A DNA stretch of 28,845 nt from positions 21,948-50,792 of the forward strand of contig JBBDRK010000056.1 of NCBI GenBank assembly GCA_040905465.1, written 5' to 3'. This DNA comes from Trueperaceae bacterium (GTDB lineage Bacteria; Deinococcota; Deinococci; Deinococcales; Trueperaceae). Positions 26,420 through 28,845 of this stretch are shown here, in pieces. Positions within the stretch are counted from its first letter, which is position 1; each line of letters begins with the position of its first letter. The position numbers were made by a program, and so were the translations under genes. The notes under the pieces were generated by a model. That model worked only from the letters and a program-made list of their open reading frames with translations, ran no database searches and was not told the DNA's origin.

Positions 26420-27313
26420 TCAGGAGCCGAGGTCGTGGGCCGTGGCACGCCTCTCGCCCGCTTCCGCGGCGGGTGCGCCGAGCAGGCCGGCCGCGCCGAA
26501 CGCCCTGCGCGCGGCTGCCTCGCCCAGCGCGACGATTCGGTCGTATTCTCGGAACGACTCCACCCGGATCTCCGGCATGTCGAGCTTCACCAGGACATCG
26601 GCCGGATGCATAGTGTACTGGATGTCGGTGAGGATACTCTGCATGATGTCGGACGAGCGCAGCAACATCTGCACCATCGGCGAACGGCGCTCGAGTCGGA
26701 CCGTCGCAACCATCCGCTCCCACCAGTTGCCGTCCTCCTGGCCGTCGCTGTAGCTCGACCGCCGCGGGGGCGTGGCGTCGCTGGCGATGGTGAAGCTGGC
26801 GCCCAGGAAAGCTGCCGCCTCGACCGGCAGGTTGTTGATGATTCCACCATCGGCCAGGGTGCGGTCCTTGAGCTCCACGGGCTGGAACGCTCCAGGGAAG
26901 CAGCTCGATGCCCGCACGGCCGAAATGAGGTCCCCCTCGAAGAGGATCACCTCTTCGCCGGACTCCACGTCTGTCGTCGTTACGGCCAGCGGTCTGGCCA
27001 GGTCCTCGAACCGGGGCGGGAGGTAGGTGGACAGGAACTGGCCCAGCTTCTCTCCCTTGATCAGGCCGCCCTGCAACGACAGGTCGACTATGTCGCGCCA
27101 CTTCAGGCCCGAGGCCACCAGATGCAGGTCCTCCGCGCCGTAGCCGTGGGCGTAGAGCGCCGCCAGAATGGCGCCGATCGAGGTGCCCGCCACGACATCG
27201 ACCTCGATGCCGGACTCCTCCAGAACGCGAAGAACCCCGATGTGAGCGAAGCCGCGGGCACCGCCACCCGAAAGGACCAACCCCACCCGCTTGTGCCGCT
27301 CCACTGTCTCCAT
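26420..27313 (-). CDS. Patatin-like phospholipase (RssA/NTE family)
   Basis: GGGARG, GTSIG nucleophile elbow, DGG; TAGAGT 6 nt upstream of ATG. Confidence 0.93.
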   Translation of the reverse strand: METVERHKRVGLVLSGGGARGFAHIGVLRVLEESGIEVDVVAGTSIGAILAALYAHGYGAEDLHLVASGLKWRDIVDLSLQGGLIKGEKLGQFLSTYLPPRFEDLARPLAVTTTDVESGEEVILFEGDLISAVRASSCFPGAFQPVELKDRTLADGGIINNLPVEAAAFLGASFTIASDATPPRRSSYSDGQEDGNWWERMVATVRLERRSPMVQMLLRSSDIMQSILTDIQYTMHPADVLVKLDMPEIRVESFREYDRIVALGEAAARRAFGAAGLLGAPAAEAGERRATAHDLGS

Positions 27314-27416
27314 GCCCGGACTCTAGCACCCGCCTGACGGCACTTCAGGTGCAGGGGAGACTGTCTCGGACCCGTTGAGCCACGGTCGCCGCCCGTTGCC
27401 GAGCAAGCGAGGAAGA

Positions 27417-27446
27417 CCGGTGGCGGGCCGTCTGGCCCACCACCGG
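27417..27446 (-). terminator. GC-rich hairpin downstream of htrA
   Basis: ccggtgg-c-gggcc-gtct-ggccc-a-ccaccgg. Confidence 0.45.
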
Positions 27447-27482
27447 CGGATTGCAGGCGGATTGCAGCGCCGTCAGCCGATC

Positions 27483-28808
27483 TCAGTCGTTGCCGTCCCC
27501 GTTTTCGCCTTCCTGGTCGTCCTGCCCGGGAGTCTGCTGTTGTGGAACGACGCTCAGCTCGACCTCTACCGTCATTTCGCGACCGTTGCGAACGATCCGC
27601 AATTCGACTACGTCCCCGGCGTCCTTCGCGAAAACCAGTCCCTGAAGCTGGCCGAGCGACTCGATAGGCTCGCCGTCGGCCGCGATTATCACGTCTCCCG
27701 GCGCCGGTATCCGCTGGCCGTTGAACTCGATGGCGAACTGGCTGCCTCGGAGGCCGGCTTCGTCAGCAGCGGAACCGGGGGCGACCTCCGTGATCGCGAC
27801 TCCGCTCGAGGGCAGGTTCAATCGTTCCCTTATTGCCTGGGGATAGTTGCGTACGTCGGAAATGCCTATTCCGAGCCTGGGACGAGTCGAGATGTCCTCA
27901 ATTCCGCCGGCTGCGAGTTGCTCGAGGTTGGTCTGTAGCAGGTTGCTGGGAACAGCGAAGCCGATGCCGAGGAAGCCGCGCTCCCCGGTTGCACTGACCG
28001 ACGGGAAGATCGCCGTGTTGATCCCGATCAGCTCACCGCGCGAGTCGAGCAGGGGTCCGCCCGAGTTGCCAGGGTTGATGGCGGCGTCGGTCTGGATGAG
28101 CGGGATCACCGCGTCGGTCAGAGGCAGGTTGCGACCGAGTGCCGACACGATTCCGGTAGTCACGGTCGACTCGAAGCCGAAGGGATTGCCGATGGCGATC
28201 GTCTTCTGGCCCACGCGTACTCGCTCGGAGTCGCCGATCGGTATCGGGTTGACATCGTCGGGAAGCTCGTCGGGATCCTCGAGCTCCAGCAGGGCCAGGT
28301 CGTAGAGGGCGTTGCCACCCACCACGCGCGCCGCTGCCTCCTGGTTCTGTCGAGTGGGGAAAACTACCGTCAGGGTGGTGCCCCTGCGCAGGTCGGTCGA
28401 GCCTTCTTGCAGGGCGGCCCTCACGACATGGAAATTGGTGATGATGCGTCCCTCATCGTCCACCACGAACCCGCTGCCACTGCCCTGTTGAGGGGGTTGC
28501 TGCTGCTGAGGAAGTTGTCGGAAGAACGGAGGTATCTGCTCATCCGGCACGCCCTCGAACGGGTCGACCCGCCGCCCGGAGATCTCCACGTTCACCGAGA
28601 CCACACTGTTGCCGTAGCGTTCGACGATATCGACAGTGTTTTGCTCCCACTCGAGCAGGTCGCCTCCGGTCGCCCGGGACTCTTCCTGCTGACCCGTCTG
28701 TTCCTCCTGGGCCACGGCGAGCGTGCCCGCCCGGTCCAGGACGAATGCAGCGGTCAGCACCAGCACGACCGTCGCCAGCCAAGCAAGCAAGGGTTGACGT
28801 TGTGTCAT
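27483..28808 (-). CDS. htrA: HtrA/DegP-family serine protease with one PDZ domain
   Basis: GSGF, TNFHVV, DLALL, QTDAAINPGNSGGPL; C-terminal PDZ; SD aaggag. Confidence 0.93.
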   Translation of the reverse strand: MTQRQPLLAWLATVVLVLTAAFVLDRAGTLAVAQEEQTGQQEESRATGGDLLEWEQNTVDIVERYGNSVVSVNVEISGRRVDPFEGVPDEQIPPFFRQLPQQQQPPQQGSGSGFVVDDEGRIITNFHVVRAALQEGSTDLRRGTTLTVVFPTRQNQEAAARVVGGNALYDLALLELEDPDELPDDVNPIPIGDSERVRVGQKTIAIGNPFGFESTVTTGIVSALGRNLPLTDAVIPLIQTDAAINPGNSGGPLLDSRGELIGINTAIFPSVSATGERGFLGIGFAVPSNLLQTNLEQLAAGGIEDISTRPRLGIGISDVRNYPQAIRERLNLPSSGVAITEVAPGSAADEAGLRGSQFAIEFNGQRIPAPGDVIIAADGEPIESLGQLQGLVFAKDAGDVVELRIVRNGREMTVEVELSVVPQQQTPGQDDQEGENGDGND

Positions 28809-28845
28809 CGAACTCTCCTTTCGACGGTTGCCGGAGAAACGGTTG

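Noticed and set aside
27324..27353. CIRCE-like tagcacc...ggtgca
   Set aside because: Wrong spacer length and poor match to TTAGCACTC-N9-GAGTGCTAA
1..28845. CRISPR arrays, transposases, retrons, toxin-antitoxin or defence systems
   Set aside because: No spaced repeats or recognisable motifs; the patatin and HD genes look like housekeeping types with no defence partners

Overview
GC-rich bacterial chromosomal core region, most likely Deinococcota (Trueperaceae-like). This is inferred from the gene set and from TANNNT -10 boxes sitting directly upstream of many start codons. It holds 26 CDS and a tRNA-Asp: 3' end of ygfZ, a split B12 acyl-CoA mutase with isobutyryl-CoA mutase signature residues, LysM/M23 peptidase, C4 zinc-ribbon protein, PDZ/DUF512 radical SAM, pgi, MqnP/UbiA, Lon N-domain protein, truD, a double-VWA protein, a pseudo-receiver histidine kinase, rnhB, ricT, holB, metallophosphoesterase, PEGA protein, putative beta-barrel, glgP, pgl, HD protein, two tandem lepB, patatin and htrA. 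I saw no mobile element, integrase, CRISPR array or defence system. The most interesting signals are non-coding: two structured 5' leaders (zinc-ribbon gene, M23 gene) and three candidate leaderless uORFs whose stops overlap the start of the downstream gene. All family assignments come from motif recognition, not database searches.
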